A stretch of DNA of 64,000 nucleotides from an uncultured Spirochaetota bacterium (GTDB lineage: Bacteria; Spirochaetota; Brevinematia; Brevinematales; JAOACQ01), in assembly GCA_963835575.1 (NCBI GenBank), contig CAWIGG010000004.1, positions 384,001 to 448,000 on the forward strand. Reading direction: 5' to 3'. The notes below the pieces were generated by a model. It was not told the DNA's origin. It searched no databases and was given only the letters and a program-made list of their open reading frames with translations. The translations under genes and the position numbers were made by a program. This document shows positions 28,595-36,802 of the stretch, in pieces; within the stretch, counting starts at the first letter, position 1; each line of letters opens with the position of its first letter.

Positions 28595-29341
28595 TTATTT
28601 ATCCCGGAGTTCGGCCTGGATTTCCGCTTCGCTTTTTCTGAGATAAACGGGAAGGATGGAATTAATTTCAAATGAATGTCTCTTTTCAGATTGAATACAT
28701 GCCAGATTACAGATTGTAAAACCCGAGATAACTTTATCTATAATTAAATAGCACTTCTTGCCTGATATTTTATCAAACATTGAAGAGTACCTGGCAAGAC
28801 CATCGCCTGTAAACACTATATCTTTTTCTTTACGTTTTTTGATAATCTCCAGAAGAGTTTCCGGCTCAATATCATAATCTTCTGATATTCTCTTTTCCCT
28901 GCTGAAAAGCGCCGAAAAAACCTTGTTCATTCTCGCGTCGATAAGAGGCACTATAAGCGAGGATTCGTTTAAGAGCGGTAAAGGCAGTGAATGAACCAGT
29001 AATTCCAGGGAAGATAATCCGATAATTTTCTTTTTTAATGTCCAGGCGATTGATTTGGCGGTCGCAATACCGATCCTCAGGCCTGTAAATGAACCAGGAC
29101 CTATTCCTACGGCAATCAGATCGATTTCCGCTATATTTCGTTTCAATATTTCAAATCCGGAATGGATTGCATGGAGCAGTTTTTCTTCCTGGCTGAATGG
29201 GGCTTTCAAATGCATTTCCAGCTGATAATCCTGAGGCTTGTTATTTTTAGAATCGGTTTCATTTAAATGATCAGGCCCGGAAAAGCTTATTCCGATTGAT
29301 GTATCAGATAAAAAAGAAGTATCAATACCTAGAATATGCAT
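28595..29341 (-). CDS. tsaB: t6A37 biosynthesis protein TsaB
   Basis: LGIDTS, GIGPGSFTGLRIG, IDAR, PVYLR. Confidence 0.95.
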   Translation of the reverse strand: MHILGIDTSFLSDTSIGISFSGPDHLNETDSKNNKPQDYQLEMHLKAPFSQEEKLLHAIHSGFEILKRNIAEIDLIAVGIGPGSFTGLRIGIATAKSIAWTLKKKIIGLSSLELLVHSLPLPLLNESSLIVPLIDARMNKVFSALFSREKRISEDYDIEPETLLEIIKKRKEKDIVFTGDGLARYSSMFDKISGKKCYLIIDKVISGFTICNLACIQSEKRHSFEINSILPVYLRKSEAEIQAELRDK

Positions 29342-29346
29342 AATTT

Positions 29347-29901
29347 TTATCCCGGTTTCTTTTTTGAAAAAATTGATAGAGTTGTATCTCCGTAATGCTT
29401 TTCAGTAACAAAAAACGGATATTGAGAAAAATTATTTTTATTGGCATGCTCCAGTATAAACAGGCCGTTTTTCTTTAAATATAAAAAGCATATAGAGTGC
29501 AATTCTTCAAAATGATTTTCAATGTCCCTGTAAAAAGGATCCGCAAAGATGATGTCAAAAGGTTCAACAGCCGTTTCTTTAAAAAGCTCATCCAGCTGAA
29601 GGACATTGTGTTTGATTGTCCGGTATTTCAGCTTATCATTAACAATATTGTCCACGTTTTTCTTCAGGAACATATAGTTTTTAGAAGCGTCTTCCACAAA
29701 ACAGGCAAAGGCCGCTCCGTTACTGAGGGCTTCTATGCCGATAGCGCCGCTTCCGCAGTAAAGATCGAGGAATCGCGCATCATGAACAATGTTTTGAATG
29801 ATATTCATTACCGCCAGCCTGACTTTATCCGTAGTCGGTTTAATGCCGGATTTTGGAATGAGGAGCGGCTGTCCTTTAAAGATACCTGAAGATATTTTCA
29901 T
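29347..29901 (-). CDS. rsmD: 16S rRNA m2G966 methyltransferase RsmD
   Basis: ISSGIFKG, KPTTDKVR, LDLYCGSGAIGIEALS, FADPFY. Confidence 0.9.
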   Translation of the reverse strand: MKISSGIFKGQPLLIPKSGIKPTTDKVRLAVMNIIQNIVHDARFLDLYCGSGAIGIEALSNGAAFACFVEDASKNYMFLKKNVDNIVNDKLKYRTIKHNVLQLDELFKETAVEPFDIIFADPFYRDIENHFEELHSICFLYLKKNGLFILEHANKNNFSQYPFFVTEKHYGDTTLSIFSKKKPG

Positions 29902-29904
29902 CAG

Positions 29905-30612
29905 CTATACTTCCTGTATGATCGTACCGACCTTTTTGCCCAGGATCGCGTTTTTAATGTTTCCTTCGTCAAAAATATTCAGGACCATAATTGGGAGATG
30001 ATTGTCCATACAGAGCGTGATTGCGGTAGAATCCATGATTTTAAGCTGTTTATCAAGAACTTCCTGATAGGTGATTTTTTCATAACGAACGGCGTCCGCA
30101 TGCTTTTTTGGGTCCTTCGAATAAACCCCGTCGACTTTTGTGGCTTTCATCATAATTTCGGCATTGATCTCTATTGCCCTGAGAACAGCGGCCGTATCGG
30201 TTGAAAAATAGGGATTACCGGTGCCTCCGGCAAAAATAACGATCCGGCTTTTCTCAAGATGGCGGATTGCCCTGCGTCGGATGAATGATTCGGCGACAGA
30301 TGTGACATTGATGGCGGATTGGACGCGTGTCTGAAGATGGAATTTTTCTTCTAAAACCGACTGCAGCGCCAGCGAATTGATGACAGTAGCCAGCATTCCC
30401 ATATAATCGGCAGTGGTCCTGAGGACGCCGAATTTATCCGCCTCAGTACCCCGGATGATATTGCCTCCGCCGACAACAACGCCGATGGCGGTTTTCAGGC
30501 TTGAGGCGTCGGCAATCTGCTTGGCTACTTCGCTGATAGCGACATAATCAAGGCCGCCTTTTGTTCCGCCGAAAACCTCGCCGCTGACTTTTAATAAAAC
30601 TCTTTTATACAT
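29905..30612 (-). CDS. pyrH: Uridylate kinase
   Basis: RVLLKVSGE, GGGNI, DYMGMLAT, GTGNPYFSTD. Confidence 0.98.
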   Translation of the reverse strand: MYKRVLLKVSGEVFGGTKGGLDYVAISEVAKQIADASSLKTAIGVVVGGGNIIRGTEADKFGVLRTTADYMGMLATVINSLALQSVLEEKFHLQTRVQSAINVTSVAESFIRRRAIRHLEKSRIVIFAGGTGNPYFSTDTAAVLRAIEINAEIMMKATKVDGVYSKDPKKHADAVRYEKITYQEVLDKQLKIMDSTAITLCMDNHLPIMVLNIFDEGNIKNAILGKKVGTIIQEV

Positions 30613-30642
30613 AAGCCACTCCTTAAAAGAAAGGAATGCAAA

Positions 30643-30671
30643 ATAAAGGCGGGTGTTTAGCCCGCCTTTAT
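30643..30671 (-). terminator. Intrinsic terminator/attenuator between tsf and pyrH
   Basis: 11-bp stem ATAAAGGCGGG / CCCGCCTTTAT with a T-rich tail on the minus strand. Confidence 0.75.
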
Positions 30672-30685
30672 CGTAAAATTCATAA

Positions 30686-31516
30686 TTAGAGAGAAACCCT
30701 TACAAAGGAATTGACTTTAAAGGGAACCCCTTTCGCTTTTTCAAAATCATCAAGGACCTGTTTTACTTTCTTTTCTTCATCAAATATATAAAGCTGCTCT
30801 AAAAGGATGCTTTCATTAAAAAACTTTTCCAGCTTTCCTTTTACTATAGTTTCAATTATCTTGTCCGGTTTACCGGTCAGTTTTGCTTCTTCCGTAAAGG
30901 CTTTTTTTAATTCTTCCAATTTATCTTTTGGAACAGAATCCGCGTCTACTGAGATAGGGTTCATCGCGGTTATCTGCATCGCGAAATTCTTCATCATCTG
31001 GTTTGTATCGTCGTCCTTATTACTCACTCCAAAATCAGCTACAACGGCGACTTTTGTTTTAAACATATCCCTGTGTGTATAGGGATATAATTCGCCTTTA
31101 GCGTCGATGAATTTCCAATCGCTGATCAGTATATTTTCGCCGATTTTAGCGATAACGTTCCTGCGGAGCTCTTCGAGATCGGCAGGCAGCTCTTTTGTTA
31201 ACGGGTATTTCTTCTTAAAAATGAGTTCCAGCGCTTCGCTGACAAACTTATTAAAATCGTCTGTTTTTGCCACAAAATCGGTTTCACAGTTGATTTTGAG
31301 CACAAGGCCTTTTTTTCCTTCGATTTTTAAAACAACTATCCCTTCATTGGCGGCGCGGCCCTCTTTTTTATCGGCTTTGCTGAGACCTTTCCTTTTCAAG
31401 ATCTCTACAGCCTTTGCCACATCGCCTTTTGTCTCTATAAGGGTCTGTTTGCAGTCAACTATACCCGCGCCGGTTTTTTCCTTTACTTCTTTTATTAAAC
31501 TTGCGCTGATTTCCAT
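30686..31516 (-). CDS. tsf: Elongation factor Ts
   Basis: KTGAGIVDCK, NCETDFVAK. Confidence 0.97.
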   Translation of the reverse strand: MEISASLIKEVKEKTGAGIVDCKQTLIETKGDVAKAVEILKRKGLSKADKKEGRAANEGIVVLKIEGKKGLVLKINCETDFVAKTDDFNKFVSEALELIFKKKYPLTKELPADLEELRRNVIAKIGENILISDWKFIDAKGELYPYTHRDMFKTKVAVVADFGVSNKDDDTNQMMKNFAMQITAMNPISVDADSVPKDKLEELKKAFTEEAKLTGKPDKIIETIVKGKLEKFFNESILLEQLYIFDEEKKVKQVLDDFEKAKGVPFKVNSFVRVSL

Positions 31517-31588
31517 ATTAGCTCCTTGGTTGATACAATATTCATTATTAACCTTTAACTCTAGGAATAAGGATAATAAGCAGTAATT

Positions 31589-32404
31589 TTATATCTTTTT
31601 GATAAGATCGTCTTCGATTTCTTCAACTTCTTCGTCTAATTCCGCGGCGGCAGGCTGGTCTGTCGCGGCCGCTTCTTCAATTTCTGTTTCAACATCTTTC
31701 TTGGCGGCATAAGTTGATCCTTCAATAACAGCGTCGGCCATTATGGAAGTAAGAAGTTTTACTGAACGGATTGCGTCGTCGTTACCCGGCACGATATAAT
31801 CAAGCAGATCGGGATCACAGTTGGTATCGGCAATACCGAAAACCTTTACGCCCAGAGCTTTCGCTTCGAGCACGGCATTGATTTCCCTTTTAACATCCAC
31901 AATCCACATGGCGTTAGGGATCTTTTTCATATCGCGGAGCCCTTCATAAAAAGACTTCATCTTGGTGATTTCCCTTTCGATTTCAAGGGCTTCCCTCTTG
32001 GATATGGTTTCCCTTTCGCTTTCCAGCTTTTTCTCAAGTCTTTTTAATTTATCAATACTTCGCTTGATTGTTGAATAATTTGTCAAAGTCCCGCCCAGCC
32101 ATCTTTTAGTGACATAGGGCATTCCGCATCTTGCGGCTTCCTCAAAAACGGAGACCTGGGCCTGCTTTTTTGTTCCCACAAAAAGAACATAGCCGTCCTG
32201 TGTAATAATTTCTTTCATCGCGGTATAAGCTATTTTCAATTTTTCCATGGTGTGCCGCAGATCTATGATATAAATCCCGTTCCTTTTCATGAAAATATAA
32301 GGCTTCATCTTGGGGTTCCATCTTTTAGTCTGATGGCCGAAGTGAACACCTGCCTCAAGCAGTCCGCTCATGAGCTCTTTTTCATCGTAGATTATACTTG
32401 CCAT
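31589..32404 (-). CDS. rpsB: 30S ribosomal protein S2
   Basis: LLEAGVHFGHQTKRWNPKM, RWLGGTLTN, DTNCDP, PGNDDAIRS. Confidence 0.99.
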   Translation of the reverse strand: MASIIYDEKELMSGLLEAGVHFGHQTKRWNPKMKPYIFMKRNGIYIIDLRHTMEKLKIAYTAMKEIITQDGYVLFVGTKKQAQVSVFEEAARCGMPYVTKRWLGGTLTNYSTIKRSIDKLKRLEKKLESERETISKREALEIEREITKMKSFYEGLRDMKKIPNAMWIVDVKREINAVLEAKALGVKVFGIADTNCDPDLLDYIVPGNDDAIRSVKLLTSIMADAVIEGSTYAAKKDVETEIEEAAATDQPAAAELDEEVEEIEDDLIKKI

Positions 32405-32468
32405 ATATCCTATTTTGCCTCCATGAGGATTTTTTAGACATTTAATTTAAGAAGAATAATAAAATCTG

Positions 32469-33737
32469 TCAAATTTTATCGCAGTATCTTCCATACAATC
32501 TGTAAAATAAACGAAAATCAGGGTTTTTAATCGCGTTAAGGAAAAAAGAAGCGCTTATTTCCTCCGGGTTGCATATTGAATAAAAATCCATGATGCCGCG
32601 GGTATTGCCGCCTATTTGATCTGAAATCTCATATGGGGACGCAATGACATATTCGGAGCCGTTTTCAATTAAATTAGAAATGACCCCTTCGGAATAGAGG
32701 CCGGTTAAACAGCAGTTCAGGAAGGCCAGATGGAGATTGTCCGTATTAGGGATTTGATCGGTCAACGCATTATTGATATTCAGCATTCCTTTTTGATCCT
32801 GGATTTCTCCATGGCCGCAGAAATGAAGAAGATGTGAATTGCGGAGATTGTATTTATAATCCTGATAATTGTTATCGGAGTATGTTTCCACATTGAACCT
32901 CTTATCCATAAGCTTTTTAAGTTCATTGATTTCAGAAGCGGAATTTTTTATCTTTTTTGAATATATAATAGTCATATTGCCGGCTTCTGCAGAATGTCTT
33001 TTATGATCAGCGGGTATCAAATACCGAACTAAAATTTTATCAAGAGCCTCAAAAGGTATAAAAACACCTTTGCCGTTCCAATATATATCAATTAAGCTGC
33101 ATTCATTGTTTTTTAAATCTTTTTTTGTGAGCGGTATATTTATTTTTTTAAATAATTTGTCAATAAGTTCCTGCAGGACACTTATTTTATCTTCTATCCG
33201 GGCCTGATTTTTAATGCAGATATCAATTTCATTCCGGAGCATGAGAAATTCGTTTTGAAGCTTTATCCAATCCGGCCATTGCATATAACTTTCAATGAAT
33301 ATTTTTTCCGGGATGTGTGAATAAATAAATCTTATATAAGAATCCTGTCTGGCTTTTATATTAAGAAAGGGCTTAGGTTTTTCCAGATTATCACTTAAAG
33401 AAAGCCATGCGTCAAATACGCTGTCCGGGACATTGTGGTTATGTTCCTGCAGAAAGAGAGTCTGGGAAACAACAGGTTGAACCGGTTTTCTTTGTGTTTC
33501 AGTTACTTTTATTGAAATTGTATTATTGATGTTTTTGCTTTTTTCTTTTTGAACATTTGATTGTTTAAACTGGTTATTATAGCCAGCTTCTATAAAGTAT
33601 TTTATGACTTCATTTTTATGAAAAACGGCTATATATGAGCCCTTTTTTAATGATTTTTCAAGTTTGGCAGCCAGGTTTGAATTAATGAGAAGTTCTTGAT
33701 TTTGATATTGAATATCCTGGGAATTTAAGCAAAGCAT
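32469..33737 (-). CDS. CHAT (caspase-like peptidase) domain protein
   Basis: IPFEAL, LLHFCGHG, AFLNCCLTG, G-x-x-YVIASPYEISD. Confidence 0.75.
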   Translation of the reverse strand: MLCLNSQDIQYQNQELLINSNLAAKLEKSLKKGSYIAVFHKNEVIKYFIEAGYNNQFKQSNVQKEKSKNINNTISIKVTETQRKPVQPVVSQTLFLQEHNHNVPDSVFDAWLSLSDNLEKPKPFLNIKARQDSYIRFIYSHIPEKIFIESYMQWPDWIKLQNEFLMLRNEIDICIKNQARIEDKISVLQELIDKLFKKINIPLTKKDLKNNECSLIDIYWNGKGVFIPFEALDKILVRYLIPADHKRHSAEAGNMTIIYSKKIKNSASEINELKKLMDKRFNVETYSDNNYQDYKYNLRNSHLLHFCGHGEIQDQKGMLNINNALTDQIPNTDNLHLAFLNCCLTGLYSEGVISNLIENGSEYVIASPYEISDQIGGNTRGIMDFYSICNPEEISASFFLNAIKNPDFRLFYRLYGRYCDKI

Positions 33738-33743
33738 ATAAAA

Positions 33744-34649
33744 TTAAGGGGATTTTACTACAATAACTTGCGACTGATTGATGTTTTTAATTGTCTTCGG
33801 ACTGGCGAATAACCGCGCGGCATCCTTATTATTGAGGATAAAACTTGTATTCATTTTTCCTGTGATATCATAAGGGATTGTGTAGAAAATCCTTTCCCCG
33901 CAGCGGGGCGATTGAAAAGCATAGTTCAGGCTGGTCGTGTATTCACAGACGCCGTATTTTTCCAGATATATTTTATCCACAGTTTCAGGACCGTAGAGAA
34001 GAATGCCGTCTTCGTCGAAAATTCTCATCTGTATGCTGGGATTAAAATCCTTATAAGTGAGCGTATCGATGATCAGTCCGTCGAAATACTCTACTTCCTT
34101 TGTTTCTGATTGAACATAATTTGTCAGTTCTTTCTTTTCAAAATCACGGAAAAAAATATTGGCAATGCCGTTTTTCCCGAAAAGACTTAATTCTACCATG
34201 CCTAAAACCGTTTTTCCTTTCTGGATCATAGGGTAATAAACAGCCCTGTCGGCATAGGAAATGATTTCATACCGGACATCGCTTTTTATGGAATAATAAT
34301 CTTTGAGAAGATAAAGGTCGGAAATACGCACATAACCCATTGCCTTGATAAGGTTCTGACGGAGCTCATCCTTGATAAGGGAATCATAGTTATTGACGAT
34401 TTTTCCAATGTTGGGATTTTCTTCATTAATGGTTATTGAAACCTCAGTTCTGACTTTGCCGGTTGTCCAGTCTATGATGCTGTTGTAATCAGGCACTTCT
34501 TCTACAAGATCGATTTTCTGCTTTTCTTCTTTATCCCAGTAATCGCTTTTATTACGCTGAGCGGCCTGGAAAATTTGAGTCGAAATAAATAGAAGAATTA
34601 TTAAACATGAGAAAAAACGGCAAGGCAATAAAATACCCTCAATTTTCAT
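33744..34649 (-). CDS. Conserved hypothetical exported protein
   Basis: N-terminal hydrophobic segment, GLIIDT...RIFDEDGILLYGP. Function not assignable. Confidence 0.7.
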   Translation of the reverse strand: MKIEGILLPCRFFSCLIILLFISTQIFQAAQRNKSDYWDKEEKQKIDLVEEVPDYNSIIDWTTGKVRTEVSITINEENPNIGKIVNNYDSLIKDELRQNLIKAMGYVRISDLYLLKDYYSIKSDVRYEIISYADRAVYYPMIQKGKTVLGMVELSLFGKNGIANIFFRDFEKKELTNYVQSETKEVEYFDGLIIDTLTYKDFNPSIQMRIFDEDGILLYGPETVDKIYLEKYGVCEYTTSLNYAFQSPRCGERIFYTIPYDITGKMNTSFILNNKDAARLFASPKTIKNINQSQVIVVKSP

Positions 34650-34697
34650 TTGTTATATTATAATAGATTCAATGATATTTCAAATTTTTCTTTATCC

Positions 34698-34985
34698 TCA
34701 ATAGGAATATCTGATGTCGAAGGAGGAGAATTCGTTTGCATCTGTATCGGTAATCCGGTAAACCACATCTTCCACCCGGGCTGAAGACGGCCCTTTTTTT
34801 AAATAGAGAAGAAAATCATGTATTAATTCTTCTTCTCCGACAGCCACGGTTTTAACTCCGCCGTCAGGAAGATTTGCCACCCAGCCTGTGATGCCGAGGA
34901 TCTCCGCTTTATCTATCACATAATAGCGGAAGCCCACACCCTGCACCCTGCCGGAGATTTCAGCCTCAATCCTTTTTAAAGACAT
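34698..34985 (-). CDS. acyP: Acylphosphatase
   Basis: GRVQGVGFR, GWVANLPDG, GPSSARV. Confidence 0.95.
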   Translation of the reverse strand: MSLKRIEAEISGRVQGVGFRYYVIDKAEILGITGWVANLPDGGVKTVAVGEEELIHDFLLYLKKGPSSARVEDVVYRITDTDANEFSSFDIRYSY

Positions 34986-35001
34986 AAAGATTTCCTTATC
35001 C

Positions 35002-35613
35002 TTAACGGGTTATAAGCGCCACGCACCCTTCAGAGAAGAAATTCGGAAACATCATTGACGATTGATATTTATTCCCTTTTATATAATTGGTTTTGATAAT
35101 TTTAATCGATCTCTTTTTACAGAAATCTTTAAAATCAGATAATGTCAGCAGATGAATATTCGGCGTATTGAACCATTCATGAGGCAGGGTCTTGGATTTG
35201 GGCATTTTTCCGCCCATAAAAAGCTGGAATCGGATCCGATAGTAGCCGAAATTCGGAAAGCTGACAATTCCGTGTTTTCCTATTCTGAGTATCTCATCGA
35301 TGAGGGCGTCAGGAATATTCAATTCCTGTATGGTCTGGCTGAGTATGACATAATCATAGGCTTTATCGCGGATATTATCGAATTTTTCATTAAGATTATG
35401 CTCTATAACCGGGATTCCTTTTTCAATACAGCTGATGATCCTGTTCAAGTCAATTTCAACACCCATTCCCTTGACTTCCTTATTATGAATCAGATAATTA
35501 AGAAGAGTGCCGTCGCCGCATCCCAGGTCGAGGACGCTGGAACCTTCTGCAATCCAATCCGCGATGATTGAAAGGTCAGCCCTGTTTGACAATAATGAGA
35601 GCATTTTTTTCAT
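35002..35613 (-). CDS. metW: Methionine biosynthesis protein MetW
   Basis: VLDLGCGDG, VSFPNFGY, WFNTPNIH; follows metX. Confidence 0.95.
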   Translation of the reverse strand: MKKMLSLLSNRADLSIIADWIAEGSSVLDLGCGDGTLLNYLIHNKEVKGMGVEIDLNRIISCIEKGIPVIEHNLNEKFDNIRDKAYDYVILSQTIQELNIPDALIDEILRIGKHGIVSFPNFGYYRIRFQLFMGGKMPKSKTLPHEWFNTPNIHLLTLSDFKDFCKKRSIKIIKTNYIKGNKYQSSMMFPNFFSEGCVALITR

Positions 35614-36786
35614 TTAGTTTTCCTCCGGGCCGTAGTTTTTTTCGAAAGTTGCGGATAAAAACCGGCGGATTATGGCCGCTTCAGTATCAAATTCGAGAAG
35701 GAAAGCGTCATGGCCGTAGGAAGATTCAATATTGACATAGGTGACATCTTTTTTCTGCTTCATGAGAGCGTCAACAATTTCTTTGGACTGATAAGGCGGG
35801 AAAAGCCAGTCTGAAGTAAAGGAAAGAACAAGAGTCCGCGTTTTCACTTTTTCAAAAGCCTTTTCCAGACGCCCTTTTCCATAAAACTGCGCGGCGTCAA
35901 AGTAGTCCATGGCTTTTGTTACATATAAATATGTGTTGGCGTCGAAACGCTCGACAAATTTGCTTCCCTGATAATCCAGATAGCTTTCCACCTGGAATTC
36001 ATTGGAAAAATTATAACTGAAGACTTTTTTATCCTGCAGTCTCCTTCCGAATTTCTGATGCATGGATTCATCGCTTAAATAGGTAATATGCCCGATCATC
36101 CTTGCTATTGCCAGCCCGTCGGCGGGAATTGCCCTGCCGTAATAATCGCCATTATTCCAGCGCTTGTCGGAAATAATGGCGTTTCTGCCGACAGCGTTGA
36201 AAGCGATGCCCTGCGCCGATAAACGGCTTGTTGAGGCTATTATGATGGCGGACAGCGGGATATCAGGGTAACGTAGAATCCATTCGAGGGCCTGCATTCC
36301 GCCCATCGAGCCGCCGATGACTGTGAGAAGTTTGTTAATTCCCAGGTGATCTATAAGCTTTTTCTGGACTTTTACCATATCCCCGATCGTTACGACGGGA
36401 AAGCGGCTTCCATAAGACTTGCCGGTCGCAGGGTCTTTTGATGCCGGGCCTGTTGTTCCCATGCAGCCGCCGAGGATATTAGAGCAGATAATAAAGTATT
36501 TACCGGAATCAAGCATTTTTCCGGGACCGACAGCGTCGTCCCACCAGCCGGGATTAATATTGAGTTTTTTATTAATCCCCGCGGCATGGGCATCTCCCGA
36601 TAGTGCATGGCAGATAAGAATGGCGTTGGTTTTATTCCCATTCAATTTCCCGTATGTTTCGTAGGCTATGGTAACCGCTCCGAACCGGCGGCCTGAATCA
36701 AGCTCAAGAAACTCCCCCTTTTTATCTGCAAAAGAAAAGTATTGAGTTTTAACTATACCGACTGATTTACCTTTCATTAACGGCAT
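35614..36786 (-). CDS. metX: Homoserine O-acetyltransferase
   Basis: CHALSGD, NILGGCMGTTGP, GGSMGG, RFDAN, GHDAFL. Confidence 0.96.
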   Translation of the reverse strand: MPLMKGKSVGIVKTQYFSFADKKGEFLELDSGRRFGAVTIAYETYGKLNGNKTNAILICHALSGDAHAAGINKKLNINPGWWDDAVGPGKMLDSGKYFIICSNILGGCMGTTGPASKDPATGKSYGSRFPVVTIGDMVKVQKKLIDHLGINKLLTVIGGSMGGMQALEWILRYPDIPLSAIIIASTSRLSAQGIAFNAVGRNAIISDKRWNNGDYYGRAIPADGLAIARMIGHITYLSDESMHQKFGRRLQDKKVFSYNFSNEFQVESYLDYQGSKFVERFDANTYLYVTKAMDYFDAAQFYGKGRLEKAFEKVKTRTLVLSFTSDWLFPPYQSKEIVDALMKQKKDVTYVNIESSYGHDAFLLEFDTEAAIIRRFLSATFEKNYGPEEN

Positions 36787-36802
36787 TATCCTCCGCAGTA
36801 TC

